From NCBI GenBank assembly GCA_040437565.1, contig JBDOQK010000003.1, forward strand, positions 1-64,000: a stretch of 64,000 nucleotides of DNA, given 5' to 3'. The position numbers and the translations under genes were made by a program. The notes below the pieces were generated by a model. The model was not told where the DNA came from. It saw only the letters and a list, made by a program, of their open reading frames with translations, and did not search any database. Each line of letters starts with the position of its first letter. Position 1 is the first letter of the stretch. Source of the DNA: Albugo candida (Eukaryota). This document shows, piece after piece, positions 13,166 through 26,825 of the stretch.

Positions 13166-14154
13166 ATGAAGACACGTGGTTTGAGGACTGAAGAGTAAGC
13201 TACCATAGTCGGATTGCACCAGGCAGGCTTGAAACAGCGGGAAATCACCGCCCAAACAGATTTAACCCAATCAACCATTTTACAGTACTGGTGTAAAAAA
13301 GGGTACGGTGGAGGGTCCCAAGTCAAGAAAAAGAACACAAAGCTCTCATAAAGAGACCACAGGTCAATCGGGCTCATTGTGATGCACAACCGGCTGGTGT
13401 CACTAGTAGATGTCGCGAACAATGCGAATAATCCGTAGTGCCCTCCATGAATTGGGCTTCAACACCCGCACTGCCGCCAAGAAGCCTTTTTGACGGATAA
13501 GCACAAGGTTACCAGATTAATGTCTGCTCCGACAAACAAAAATTGGACAGTAGAGGACTGGAAGAAGGTCGTTGGGGCCGATCAGTCTACCTTTGAAACT
13601 GGTAAGAATTCCCGCCGTGTTCTTGTGTGCCGTCGCGTGGATGAAATGCTCTCTCCCGAGTGTTTGGAGCCAACATTCAAGAGCGGACAGGACTCGGTGA
13701 TGATCTGGTTTGCTTTTACTTGCGAGAGAATTCTTCCGATCGTCATCGTGCCACCCCAACATCGTACTGCCACTAACGTTGCCGAGATAATCTATTACAC
13801 TGCTCTTGGACCATGATGGACGGCCAGGATGATAATAAAGACATACTTCTCATGGGAGATGGTGCTTCAGTCCACCTTATTAGTGCAGCAAAGACCTAGC
13901 GTAAGAATAGGTCGTTTGCAAAGATGAAATGGCCTGCACAAAGCCCTTATCTCAATCCCATCGAAAACCTGTGGAATAATCTCAAAGATGCTGTCCAGAA
14001 CCGTGACAGGACAAAAAATGTCGAAGAAATGGCTATTATACTTGGTGAGGAATACAGTAAAGTATTCCCCGAGATGCTTCGATGCCTAGTAGACTCAATG
14101 CCAAGGCGATTCGCTTCTGTTCTTGCTACCAAGGGTGGATCAAATCGCTGGTGA
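13166..14154 (+). pseudogene. Tc1/Tc3-type transposase, disrupted
   Basis: WTVEDWKKVVGADQSTF, SVMIWFAF, MGDGASVH, WPAQSPYLNPIENLW; stops and frameshifts. Confidence 0.85.
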
Positions 14155-14299
14155 AACCTCACCAAAACCACGCACATTTGACGAACCTGATTGCAATTCC
14201 TGCGTATAATACTGCAACAACGACATTTAATAGACTTCATTGGAAGCCTTGATCATTGTTTTAGAATTATAGTGGCTAGAAATTGATTCTTTGTCAAGG

Positions 14300-16035
14300 T
14301 TGAAAGGATGATTTACTTCTTATTTCCGAAATTGTTCGATTCTTCGAGATATTCTGTTGTTGCGGTGAATATGGAAGTGTAGCTGATGTACTATTTACGC
14401 TTTGTTGCATAGCTTTGCAAATTTGTGGTTGATATATTTGCCACCGTTATATATAGTCAAGGACTTGATCCTTTTTCCAACTTGCGCTTTGACTAGCGCC
14501 TTGAATTCAACAACTTATTGAGCAGTTCAGACTAGGTTTGGATGAAGTGAGCATGAATTAGATATAAAAGATCGTCGATGAGAATGATCATGTACTGTAC
14601 TTTGCACCACTTTGAGAATTTTCTGTATCGGCCCAACAACATCGCTATGCACCGATTCTAGAAGCGATTTTGTTTCACTTTTCCATATGCAGAAAATTGA
14701 ATGGTCTAATGAAGGGCTTCCCATACATAAAGCGTTCGCGAATTCCGGAATCTACAATATTCGATGCTGATGTTATATCCATAATAGAACTCCCACAAAA
14801 TTCTTCATATTCTTCATATTCTTGCTTGATAAATGACCGAATGCCAAACTGATTCATTCACAAATATATGTTCCTTGTTCCCTACTTCTCCACCACGATT
14901 TGCAACTTTAAGCAGAAAACGTTTTCCTTTCCGTTGTATTGGTACTACTTCACAAGAAGTATTGCAAAATGTTACTAAGAGCCCTTTTCGGCGAGAGAAG
15001 AGACGGAGAAGCTTCTGATCGACATCGAAAACGTACAAGACATTGTCAATTCTAATATTTTTGCTGTTTCTCAGATGCGCATAAACAATATCGACACCTA
15101 CTGCATCCACCTTGCTTCCATTGGCAGCTGAAGTCGTAATTCTTCTTTTCGATGCTTTCAAGCCCGAAAGTTATATTTTATTTGGACGCATGTGGCTTCT
15201 CCGTCTACTATCAAGGATCCATTTGTTCTGTGCCACTTAGAATGTCGTGAAGTCATGAGCTTCTTCACTCTTTTTCTTGGTTCCTTTTCAGCAATGTGCT
15301 TGATTCTACCCGTAATTTTAAAGCGGAAAACATTTCCCTGGACGTTTTCTGCTTGTTCGGAGACTTTTGTGCTTTATCTTTCCGTAGCAGATTGTTGTGA
15401 GCCGTCAGCGCCACTTCATCTGAATACTTCCGATTGATAGTCTCATATACGTTAAGAAGCTTCTCTTTTGCTTGAACAAATCCATTGCAGTTATGCTCTC
15501 TATGATCTTGACAATATAATCGAAATCGTAGGCCACAGTTCTGAGTAGAATTACACGTTTCTGATTCAAGTCGAAGACAGATCCGATTGCTTGCATTGAC
15601 ATACATGATTTATCAATTCTAAGAAACTAATCCGTCACATTCCCGCCTTCCTTCATCCTAAATCCATGTAGCTCGCGTTGCTTATTATTCTTGTTATGGA
15701 ACGAGCGCCTCAGGCAAAAGTTTCAATATCTCCCAATTGAGGAGTTGTACATGCTAACCTAACTCTGGAATGAAAATTTCGACTAATCACGGTTGAGATT
15801 ATCGCGAATACCTTCATATCGTTTATTTTCCAATTCGAAGCAGGAATATCCATTCATTACGGCTATGTAGTCGAGGAATTGAAGGATCAAAATCCAAGGC
15901 ACACGAAATTGAGATGAAGTGGAAACACCTACTGAAGTCACACATGAATATTATCAACTCGGCTCAAGACAATATCGAAAGTATTCTTGGAAATGGGACT
16001 CGAACACTGTACAACAGACTCGGGCCCATTAACAT
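14300..16035 (-). pseudogene. Ty1/copia gag-protease-integrase remnant
   Basis: VHSDVVGPI (integrase) and NIRIDNVLYV (protease/pre-integrase region), plus gag-like pieces. Degenerate PBS-like TAATGGGCCC near 16022-16031. Confidence 0.75.
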
Positions 16036-16099
16036 GTCATCAGCATATAATTGGACTTATGCCAGCAAATGCCTTTTTTGTCGGATCCCGGCAAACTAA

Positions 16100-16975
16100 A
16101 CAGTCATTTTTAAGGTAGAAGAACTCAGTTAGGTCAAATGTATGCTGGAAATACAAGTCGGTTATAATTCAACGAAACGTTTGATGAAAATATATTAGCC
16201 ATCCAGCATATATCAAATTTGTCGAGAAGTATAACCAGATTTACGCAAAGCGAGTCTACACACCTGATGTCCAAGGTTAACTATTGTAAAATTAAAGAAG
16301 ACTCAAAGATGAAGTTTCGTCCTTATCGGTCTTTAGTGGTATCATTACTCTACATTTCGAGTGGCAAAAGACTGAATATTGCCTTTTCAGAAGGTCAACT
16401 TAGTCAACACTCGGACCAACCCAGGGAAGAGCACTGGAAAGTACCGTTAAGAGTCTTGCGGTCCTTAAATTTAAAAAGTGACCATTCGGAACAATTAGAA
16501 AGTATGCGCGTATAGTGAAGTAGATTGGGCGAATAGACAAAAGGACAGAAGATTTGTAATTGAAATCATGCTAATGATAATTGGTGTCTCAGTGATTTCA
16601 AATGCAAGATTCGGCAAAGTGGAGTTTATAGTACGGCTGAAGACGAGTATATTTTGTTGCGCTTTCACTCCATATGCAAGAATTAATATGGATCAAGAAA
16701 TTGTTATCTGGGTTAAAGGCAAATATTGGTCAACATGTGACTATTTTTGAGGACAATTATAGCGCGCATGTTATAGCGAAAATAACGAATATCAAAGTCG
16801 TACTAAACATATTGATGTTCAATACCATTTTATTCGGCATTATCTGGAGAATGGAAAAGTACAGATTGAGTACATTGAATCGAAAAGTCAACTTGCCGAT
16901 TTCTTGACCAAGCCTATTTCAATGAAGCAATTTCAAGATTCCATTTATCTGGCGAAAATCAGGAATATTGGGTCG
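16100..16975 (+). pseudogene. Ty1/copia RT C-terminus + RNase H remnant
   Basis: PYRSLVVSLLYIS, QELIWIKKLL, IFEDN, KHIDVQYHFIRH, QLADFLTKP. Confidence 0.85.
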
Positions 16976-16983
16976 AGGGGGGG

Positions 16984-17185
16984 TCTTGAAGAACTTCACG
17001 AATCCATGCTCACTTCCTCCAGAGAATGTTCGGACCACAACACAAGACTACTTACGCGAAAAGTCAGTGATGGTAATGGTTATACAATTTGCGGTCGAGA
17101 AAGCTGCGGTATAGACTTAGACTAGCTAATAGCAAACTAAGGGCCTATCTACCTCGATACATACTTTCCAATTTTCCTCTCAACA
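16984..17185 (+). repeat. Probable copia 3' LTR
   Basis: Follows a polypurine tract GAGGGGGGG. Starts with degenerate TCTTGAAG and ends TCAACA. Confidence 0.55.
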
Positions 17186-20100
17186 TAACAGGGATGGATT
17201 CTACGAGTAGACTAGTTCATGACACACGTTCAATTGCAATTTCACTCGAGAAACTTACACTTCAACGGTGTTGATTTTATTGGAAGGCTACAATGTTTTT
17301 TATCATTGTCACTATAATAGCTAATACTTTCATGTATCACATTCGACACATTCACTGTAATAAGTAACTTCAAACGCGAAATCATGCTCCTGTAGTTCTA
17401 CCTATTTTATAAGCTGGATAAAACCTTTTTCGCATGCTCATCCTCGTTGGGCATCGTAGACAAGTGCCGCAAACGGAAAAACCTCCTCGTTGAGTATCGT
17501 AGTATAGGTGGCGTCCGACGGATAAATCTTTTCGTAATGCATGGTGATGTGAATGGGTGACTGTAATTTTCGGCATCAGTACAATTTGTTTTACTCGAAA
17601 CATACTTCCTACCAGATCTTAAAGAGCACTACAGTTAATTCATTTCATGCTCCGAAGGTCCCGATCATCTATAAAGCATCAAAGTTCGAAATCGCCATAA
17701 GTTTTCAGAAAAAGTCTTGGCGAGTGTTTTCTACTGTATTTTGCTTTGGTAGCATTCGACATATTCACCATAGCATGTCAATTCTGTACATGGGACACAT
17801 ATTCTCACGCTTTTATTCCAGAATATAAGTATAGAGTGAGGTAAAACATTAGTGTTAACTACTTAGACTTGTTTCAGGTGTAGGGGTTAAAGCCCCATGA
17901 GGTAGTGGGGAACGTTGAAATAGCTAGAGAGGAACTTCTCCTTGAACATCAAATCGCTCCCCAAGTCAAAGTAATCTTAATGGGAGGGCAAAATGGTGGC
18001 AATGTCAACGCCTGATTAATGTCAATGATGGATGAATGTCCGCAGAACTGCTTGACCAATGACGTATTCAATTTACTGATCATTATGATATTTCTTGGTG
18101 CTGTAATTATGAGCATACGCTTAAAAAAGATTAGCATGGCGCCCGGTTCAACTCCACTGCTGCTGGATATTCGATACGAAAATTTCCAAAAATTATAGCC
18201 TACGATTCAGGAGGAACCTTTCAGACAGCCTGTTGGGATCTTTTGTAAGGATAGTAGGGCTCTAGTGACTCGGATGCACCAAGAGCACGATTTTGCATTT
18301 TCCTTGTGTGGCATCACCTAAGTATAGGTCATTGGAATGGATGCAACTAGTAAGCGCTCATTGTAGTAAAATCACTTTGTCGGAGAATAAGTGTATCATC
18401 TTGTCTGTATTATAGTACGGAAAATTATTTTTTTCTCTGCTTTGTAATATTGAGATCTTCTTGTGGCATCTTGTCACGGTGTTTCTTAGACCTATTGCTG
18501 TATTCAGAAGTATGACGAGAAATGTTACCCGTTATTGCCTAAATCAGATAGAATCAATTCTATAGTTCTCATGTATTATGGTGAAGAAAATTTTTCACTA
18601 TATTCGAAGTAACCCCATCTTCTCTAAACTTGACGTGAATGGATGGTATGAGTGGCATAGATTTCTCATTGGTTCTCGTATTCATGTTCAGTATTCAGCG
18701 TCAAATGGTCTGAGTACGTCAAGTGGTAGCAATGAGTCATTCCGTAGTATCCGAGGATCTTAATCCATCAGGGTAGTAGACCTGGCAATCAATCTGTTTC
18801 TTGTTCTTCTCGTGCTTGATGTGTCTCCCGTTGTCAGTCATAACTTTTTCGTCTTACTCTGCGATAAGAGTCCGAACACACTTATGCTGTGCAGCTTTAG
18901 AGAGAGCCATGAGTTCTTTTTTGTGGAGCTCATTGCTTCTCTTCTTATCGCTCGTGCAGCGATTGCTCTTTTCGGTATGCTTGCTGATTAAGGAGAAATC
19001 ATTCTCTTCCATTGCCAAAACATTGTTTCCCGAAGGCTCGTAGAGTGATGAGAAGGTACTTGAAAGCTTCGATTTATCTTTACAGTCGCTGAAGATGAGT
19101 TTCTTTGGTATATATTTTCTGGTTCTGATTCATTGTGACCCGGGAAAAAGCAATTAGTGTGATCTACGCTGACTCACCCTTAGTGGTAAAGCTGTTTGGA
19201 TTGACTCTATTCTATCGAATGAGATAGTATGACTAATCAGTACATTTTTTATTGCAACCTTTTACCGAAACGAGCATACGTTCGGAGCCTGCCCACTGGT
19301 TCGAAAAAACTCTAATGTAGAACTACATTTATTGGTTTTTTAATCCCAGTACAACGTCCAAGAGTGGCAAAAATGTTCTAACCGGGTGATATAATCCGCT
19401 TAAAATCAAGAGTGGTTATCAAGTATGGAAATTTTTCATGACCAAGAGCTTATCACACGCACCTCATTCAGCCACATATTATTTCCTGGTAACTTACAAG
19501 CTATCAATGGTCAAGCTGATCTTTCAGAAGCGCTATCCATTTTCAAGCAAATATGAGTCCTCGTCAACACTTCATGATGATCATTTTATTACCGTCAGGG
19601 GGTGGAAGTTAACAGCTATAGACTTGGTCGTTCCCAATGCCCGGTCCTTAGAAGAGATCGATTATCATTATCGCCGCTGCTCTGAATCTCAACTATTCCG
19701 ACTCCATAGATGAAGTATGCACACGCATGAGCCAGGCGGGACCGCGTTTTGCTTTGAAAGATGAGGCATATCTTTCAGCTTCTAGCGGCTCATTACCTTA
19801 TAAAGCCTACAAATTTATATGTCTTTTCACTCTCAGTCTCAGTAGGCGTCCACGCTGCCCTGTGAGAAGCCTGTATGTGTTCATCAAGCTCTGATCACCC
19901 GAAAACATTACCGCGTCGAATAGCATCATCACAGAAGTGTCTGCATCGTGCTCATAGACATTCAATATGACGCATCTGAGAATGCCAAAGCCTTTATCGA
20001 GACATTCTTACTGTTAATGGGCGTTTCCGCGATGCGACATTATCCACTTACCATTTTGCGTTTTTCCTGAAGGTTGACCTTTCTCGTTCCCTTTATGATA

Positions 20101-21261
20101 TCAGATAAAGCCGCATATTACGGCATCACCAATTGCTTTGGTCAAATATACGTAGTGATGACGTCGAACTGCATTCCTGCCGAGTTAATAGACGAAGTCG
20201 ACTTTGGGGATGTAGGTGTCTAAATATCCATCGTTGCCTCTTATTGACTTCATTACGCATGCGACGTATCGACAGTTTATGTAAGCAAAATAGTCGGTGG
20301 AGTAATCGACGATGCAGCGATTGGAGAAGCGAGAATCGTTGATTAAAACCATCTTTCTCGACACAAAAGCGATAAAGTTTGGTGTGTTTGTGCTTGTTTC
20401 TCCTTTCTAATCATTTTGTGAGCTAATAAGTAGACAGAAAATTGAAAGTAGATCTTACATGTTCCTCAAAGGGGCTATGTCCTACGATTGGACTAGCTCG
20501 ATTTTTATAATTACCCATGTTATCTCAGATAATAAATATACGGGTATTGATATCCCGACAACTTTTTTTTAATTACGTCATGCCTAGTCAAATTATTACT
20601 CCCACATTTTTTTCTTGTTTGGAAAATGAATAGATAAATTTACATTTTTAACTAATCACATCTATATACACCGTAGATTATTGCTCCCACAACTTCAATC
20701 GAGAACTATTTGTGATCGGCTAATACAACTGACATTTTCCACTCAGCACATTCTACTCCGAATTTCTATACAGCTTTTACTTTTAGTTGAAAGTATTCGA
20801 AATGCACTTTTTGCAATTAAGGTAGAAGTAAAAGTATATATGTTTAGTATTAACCTTGTTTCAACACTAAAGCATGCATTTGCAATGGCATACACAGAAT
20901 TGGCTATGTCACGTTTCACATGACGTCCTTCTGGTCCCACATGGTGATCGTCTCTCCTCGTCCCATCTGCCATGTTGCCCGAAAACAGCCATTCAGGTAA
21001 GGTCGGACTTTACCTGTAATGGGTCTCGCAGTTGATATCCAAACCCGTGACGAACTGTCAGATAAGGGTATCCTGTAGCACTTTTTCCATCCAATATTCA
21101 CATCAAAGTTTACATTTTATAATTCTGTACGCTACCTACAAGTTTGAACATGCTTCTCTGACCAGTACCTTAGATCTACAACACATTTGAGGATCTTTTC
21201 AGAGCTGTAAAAGAGTTTGCATAGCTTTACAAGCTGTTCACTTCTCAATTTGCCGGCTACT

Positions 21262-21425
21262 AAGTAACCCGCTAATTTAGTAAAAACACCTCGAAAAAAC
21301 TACTTTTTTCAACTCTTTCCTCTCGAAAACAATGGTTCAAGTCGACATATCGACACAACCCAGGGTGCTAGCGTCCACTTGTAGTGACGTGGCAACCCTC
21401 ATGAGTCACCCTGTTTTGGGTGATT
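21262..21425 (+). repeat. 5' end of the repeat family that also flanks the tRNA-Leu gene
   Basis: Closely matches 38837-39000 (CAACTCTTTCCTCTCGAAAACAATGGTTCAAGTCGACATATCGACAC...GGCAACCCTCATGAGTC); runs into a gap. Confidence 0.75.
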
Positions 21426-22354
21426 NNNNNNNNNNNNNNNNNNNNNNNNNNNNNNNNNNNNNNNNNNNNNNNNNNNNNNNNNNNNNNNNNNNNNNNNNNN
21501 NNNNNNNNNNNNNNNNNNNNNNNNNAACGCAAGGATCATTTGGTGGATTTTTCAGAAACCGAAAATCATTACTGCGGGTACGGCACAGACAAGTCAAAAT
21601 GCAAGTGCAACTCAGATCCTAGTCCTAGTTGGCTGGTTATGCTCACCGTAGTGTGGCGCACACCAATTTGCAAACCACGGTACTTTTGGACCATTTTCAC
21701 AACTTTACATCTTTTTCAACTTTACAGCATTTACAAGCTGGACACAGTCTCGTATAAAGGTTGCTGAGGCTACTACGATACGAGATTATCAACGAGAAGG
21801 CATATTATCATCTCCCACAGGTATTTCACGAAAGGTTTTTATATGTATATATGTTATTTGAGATAGCCTAGGCAACTAAAGCAGTCAGTTAGTCTAATTC
21901 TAGTAATATAGACACCTTCAAATCAAGCTGTTCAAATGCAGACTGATGAAAATTACTCAGGTCGACGCAATTTGGCAGTCCCGCTTCACCTGTGACCAAT
22001 GCAACTTTTGGCTGAGTCATATCGAGAACAACCTTTAGTAAAACCTACTGTTTTTCCTTCGCAGAATTTTTTATCATCCCTTCAAATGTCGCCGTTGGTG
22101 CATATTAATTGCTGTGTCGTTATGGCGCATTTTATAGCTCACTGAAGTGACGATGAATCGTCTATTAATAACGAGTATTTAGCTCAGTTGAAGGTGTCTA
22201 TATAACTAGAATTCGACTTCAATTACTTCAAAAAAAAGAATTACATTTTTTTAAAAAACGTTGTGGGAGTAATAATTCAAGGATATAAGTGTGGACATAC
22301 CCTATTTCTCGTTGCAACGAGCACACCCCTAAAAATAAAAATTACAAACATACT

Positions 22355-25280
22355 CCCTACTTTCGTATCGCCATGTCCGCTCTGTCAAGTCCACTTCTAG
22401 CTAATGGCAGTAACACCATAACAAAAGCTGAACTTGATTCAAGCAAAGTATGGGTAGCCTAGTAGGCACGCATTTCAGAGAAGAAAAAATTCCAGCCACG
22501 ATTGCCTTTTATTAATTTGCGCTCTTTGCTGATTCTAACTAAGTTTTCTGTAAAGCCTGGAGTTTACACAGCATATTGGCTCGAAACACATGAGCTGGTG
22601 GTGCACCTCCAGCAATATCCAGAAACATCCCTGCCTTGCGTAGCTTCACAAACGTAGTAGCATGTAAAAATGTCAAAGAAATTACCATCCACTTGCTTAG
22701 TGCCCTTCGTTTAGGTGTGTAGGTACGCAAAAATGATATCATTGTCTGGTCATTTAGCCACTTGTTCTAGCCAATAAATGGTTGTATAGCTTCTCGTAGG
22801 TCTCAATTCTCCTCAACAACATTGTCTCTTTTGGTATGAAAGAACACAGCAAGAAATTATTAACATAATATGAAATTATTATCCTTAATTCAGTTACCGG
22901 CTTTGACAACTAAACTACTTCGATTGAAATGACTGACCTCTGCAGCCAAGTCCCTGTTCTTTTCCTCAACAATTTTGTCATCTGGATTGTTAATGTATTC
23001 TGGAATAACAGCTGAGAGAGTAAGTATACGAATCAAACGATACCATTTCAAACTCATGCCTTACATGCCTGTCGCAATTATTCAAAGTTCTTTTATTTTG
23101 CCCCCGCGTGCCACAAGCTACGCATTTGATTTTCTTTTATTCAGGTTGATGGTAAATAAAGGATGAAGGATCACGCTTGTTAGACTTTATAGATTGCTTT
23201 TTTGCAGTTCACCCACGCGTTTTGACGGAAAGTGGTCGAAGAATGTTCTGCTCAGCCAAAATATCTCTAACCGCTGAGTGAAAACGATCTTGTTCATGGT
23301 GAGCAGATATATTATACACCTCTTGGAGCTCGGAGTGTGTGTCCTCCCAACTATTGATATCTCTTTGCACAGAATTCTGCGGACTCCCTTTCACCCAGAT
23401 CCAAAATTATTGCAGGTCATCTATGGTCAGAGAATCGTTGGTCTGTAGTCTTTCTTGCAGATTATGTTGGCAAAGCAAGCAAAATGGGCAGGTTCTGCTT
23501 AAAGGGCAAACTTTGGGGAGTGTTTTCCAAGCTTTTTGTAATGCTTTTACTGCTTCTAACTGGGTGAAAATCTAGAAAAATGGATACAAGGTACAGATGT
23601 GAGACTTGATCATTTTATGAACTATTGCAAAACAAAAGTATCGTACCTTTTAGATGGCGAAGCTGGACACCACATACCCAAGAAGCTGAAGAAGGTATCC
23701 TGGTATTTGTGGATTTTTAGCTGGTCTGCTGCATCACCAGCTTGGATTGAACCAAGCTGGTGTTAATAGCAATGTTAAGTTGGCCTTCGACTTGTTGAAG
23801 TTCACCTATCGACGTGTGGACATATTTTTTGAGGAACGTGTGCGCACCCTCAGCTCGAGAGGAGGTGGTCTGTCCGAGATAAAAAAAATATTCCGAGTCC
23901 ATGCGTTCATGAAATTTATTTCCATGTTAGCCAAGTTTTGCGCAGATGCGTGATGCACTTTGCATGGGATTCCTCATGTTGGGTTTTAATAGTATTACAC
24001 GGACCCTTGTACTAGTTGACTGTAGAAAAGTGAACAATACTGTTCCAATTGGCAATGATTCATTCCAAGCTTCCGCGTATGGGATCCTCTTGCGCGGTTT
24101 GCCAAGACATTCTTATCGATATTCCATCCCAAACAGAGTGAGGAACCCCAGGAGATACAATTTCCACGGCATTGATCAATGCCGCTTCTTTGACAGTTAC
24201 TACGCAGAAAGGCAGTTTTCCTAATGGCAACGTAGTATTTTTGAATTTATTAAGCGCCCATATGTAGTCACCAACCTTTCCTACTGGAACAAAGACCATG
24301 GCAGCGGAATAGGATTGGTTCAGTGGGGTCATCTCAACAATATGGAGAAGTGGCATACCATACCGGTTCGTTTTATATGTGCAGTCAATCACAAACGCAA
24401 GATGGTATTTTTCAACCAGATATTTTGATGTAACGTGACTGACATAGAGATGGCTGATATGACCTGCTTGGTCTGATTTAGAGCTGCGGTGCGATTTCTT
24501 TCAGAACAGAGCTTATTCATCAAGGCGTTTAAAGATGTGCGGCCTGCAAGGTACTGCTTTCGAATAGAAGGTTTTTGGTTGCTGATGTTCTTTGTTATGA
24601 CCGCAACTTAGGGGCCCTCAGCTATGTGTTGCAGATGCAGCGATGAAACTTTTCTGGTACCTGGATGGCCACTGAGGTCGACAGACTTCTCATGGTGGTG
24701 CTCCGAGCGCACGTCATCAAGCAACGAAACTCCTACTTTTAGCCAACCAGCCCAGCGAAAGGGGAAACCATGTTGTCGGCTGAGATATCTTACGGCGGGT
24801 ATCTTCTGATGATCTCCAATTATTTCTGTAAACACCACCCAGGTCGCATCCGTAATAAACAGCAGTGGCTTTTGAACGGGCTACGGTTATAACGAACCCA
24901 TTGGATAGTGCATGTCTTTTCACTGCCTCGTCAAGAGCGATTCGATAATTATAGGATGTGTTTTTTATCAAATCTAGAGGTGCAGTATTTTCAAGCAAAT
25001 ATAGGAACTGGATGCGTGAAGAGCAGCAAGAGCGAGAGCGGTGGACTGGGGAGTTGGCTGGGGCGTGGATTGGGTAGTGAATTGGGGAGGGGAGGTGCGA
25101 GCAGCTAAAAAGATAGCACCAAGAATGGTGGACGGAGTGGATGGGAGACTGGAGGTGTAACAGGAGGATTACATCAGTAGAAACAAAGGTTTGGACGTAG
25201 GAAAAGCAGGAGAGAACGTGTGAATGAAGTGGTGGGGGCAGTAGAAGCAGTGTCAAAACATCCCGAAAGTAGACCCCTCA
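22355..25280 (-). mobile_element. Mutator/MULE (FAR1-like) transposon, decayed
   Basis: HALSNGFVITVARSK..YYGCDLGG (FAR1-type DBD), IDCTYKTNRYGMPLLHIV, TTSSRAEGAHTFLKKY. Ends approximate. Confidence 0.85.
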
Positions 25281-26825
25281 ATTTACTTAATTGTTTATAC
25301 TATTCTAGTGCAGTGAACGGGGAACAGGTGGAGTAGGGGGACGTGGAAAGGAATCTTGAAGCTGAGTAATCTACGGTACTGCATTCAAAATGAATCTTCA
25401 AATTGTCCATATTAAGAATGAATTGACCCTTGTTTCAGTATACCTTGGTGAGGCATCAAGTTCTGAGTTTCTTTTTGATAAAATGAGGTATCTGCCTGCG
25501 ACCATCTCCCAATTTTCATGATAGCAAAAAAGAAGAAGTCAAAATTTGACGGAAAATGGGTGGGCATGTAGGATAAGATCTATTGAAGACTGCATGACGT
25601 TTGATGTTCAAACGAGCCAAAAGATGGGCTACTTTCGTAAGACACATTTGCTTTGCGCAAAAACCGCGAGAAAAAGTAAATTTTACAGTATAACGTGTGC
25701 AAAAGATTTTTGAGTAGAGCGACGAGTGCCATTGCTCGAAATTCACTTCATTTCTATGACCTCTGCTCCTTACGACCAACTGATTTGCACATGAGATGCT
25801 GAATACGCTTGATTAGAGAACATAAAAGTCTAGTGTTGAAGTCCATAGTTGAGGCGTGGGGGGGCAGCATACAAATGCAGGCGTATCTTTTTGATCCATT
25901 ATCGATCCTGTGTGCTATTGTACTCGTGAGAAGTGGTTAGATTTGTTGAGGAATCTCTTATCGCCATATCGGGATATCAAAGCAACCTCTACTAACGAAG
26001 AAGTGCTCTTGTATGGTATTGATACCGCTGTGTTTCAATATGCTATATCTTCTGTTTTTCTTGTCGATCTGTGTGGTTCGTTTGCGTTATCAGCTTTTAT
26101 GATTCATTAAATAACGCTCGCAACGCCAAGCTGCCCATGATGATACCCGATTTAAATTTCGTAATTGAAGCATATAATATCCAATGGGTGAGTCATTTAT
26201 ATTTCCTCATGCTTTAAAATATCGCTTCTGCCGAACCTTTTTCTTTATTGCTACTTATTCCGCTCTCCTTTGACTCAAGCTTGATCGATTAATGCAGCGT
26301 CGACATGCAACTTCTGAGACTTTCATTCAGCCGATATATAATCATAGACTGCACTTTACATCGCTTTTATCAAGGAAAACCTATCGAGCATACAGTGTGT
26401 ATTCTATGTAGAAACCTCTGTGTTCTTGCAATGCGCAGCATTCGGCAAGTCATTTTAAATTACTTGCTTCGATAGGTGTGCGTTTAGGATACTTCATATG
26501 TTTACCAATCCGATTTTACGAATTACTCAACGACACTTATTCCAAGTTTTATGTTTACGATGAGGCAAAGTAATGTAGCTCTGTATTTTAAATAATTGTC
26601 ATTCTTGACCTCCACGTTGACGCCATCCTCCAACAAAATGGTCGACCTGTTTATCAGATTAGACAAGCATCATTTTTAGGCATCCTTACTAGTCTATGTT
26701 GACGGGGGAACTCAGTAAGATATGCCCATGAAACTAGTCGTTTTTGGTGCTGTCGTAGGAAGATTCGACGAGTCTTTTCCCACACTACGAATATATACAT
26801 TCTTGTTAAAGACTACCGTGAATAT

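Noticed and set aside
26590-26650. Ankyrin-like peptide ILLEDGVNVEVKNDN on the minus strand
   Set aside because: Single short match with no supportable gene model.
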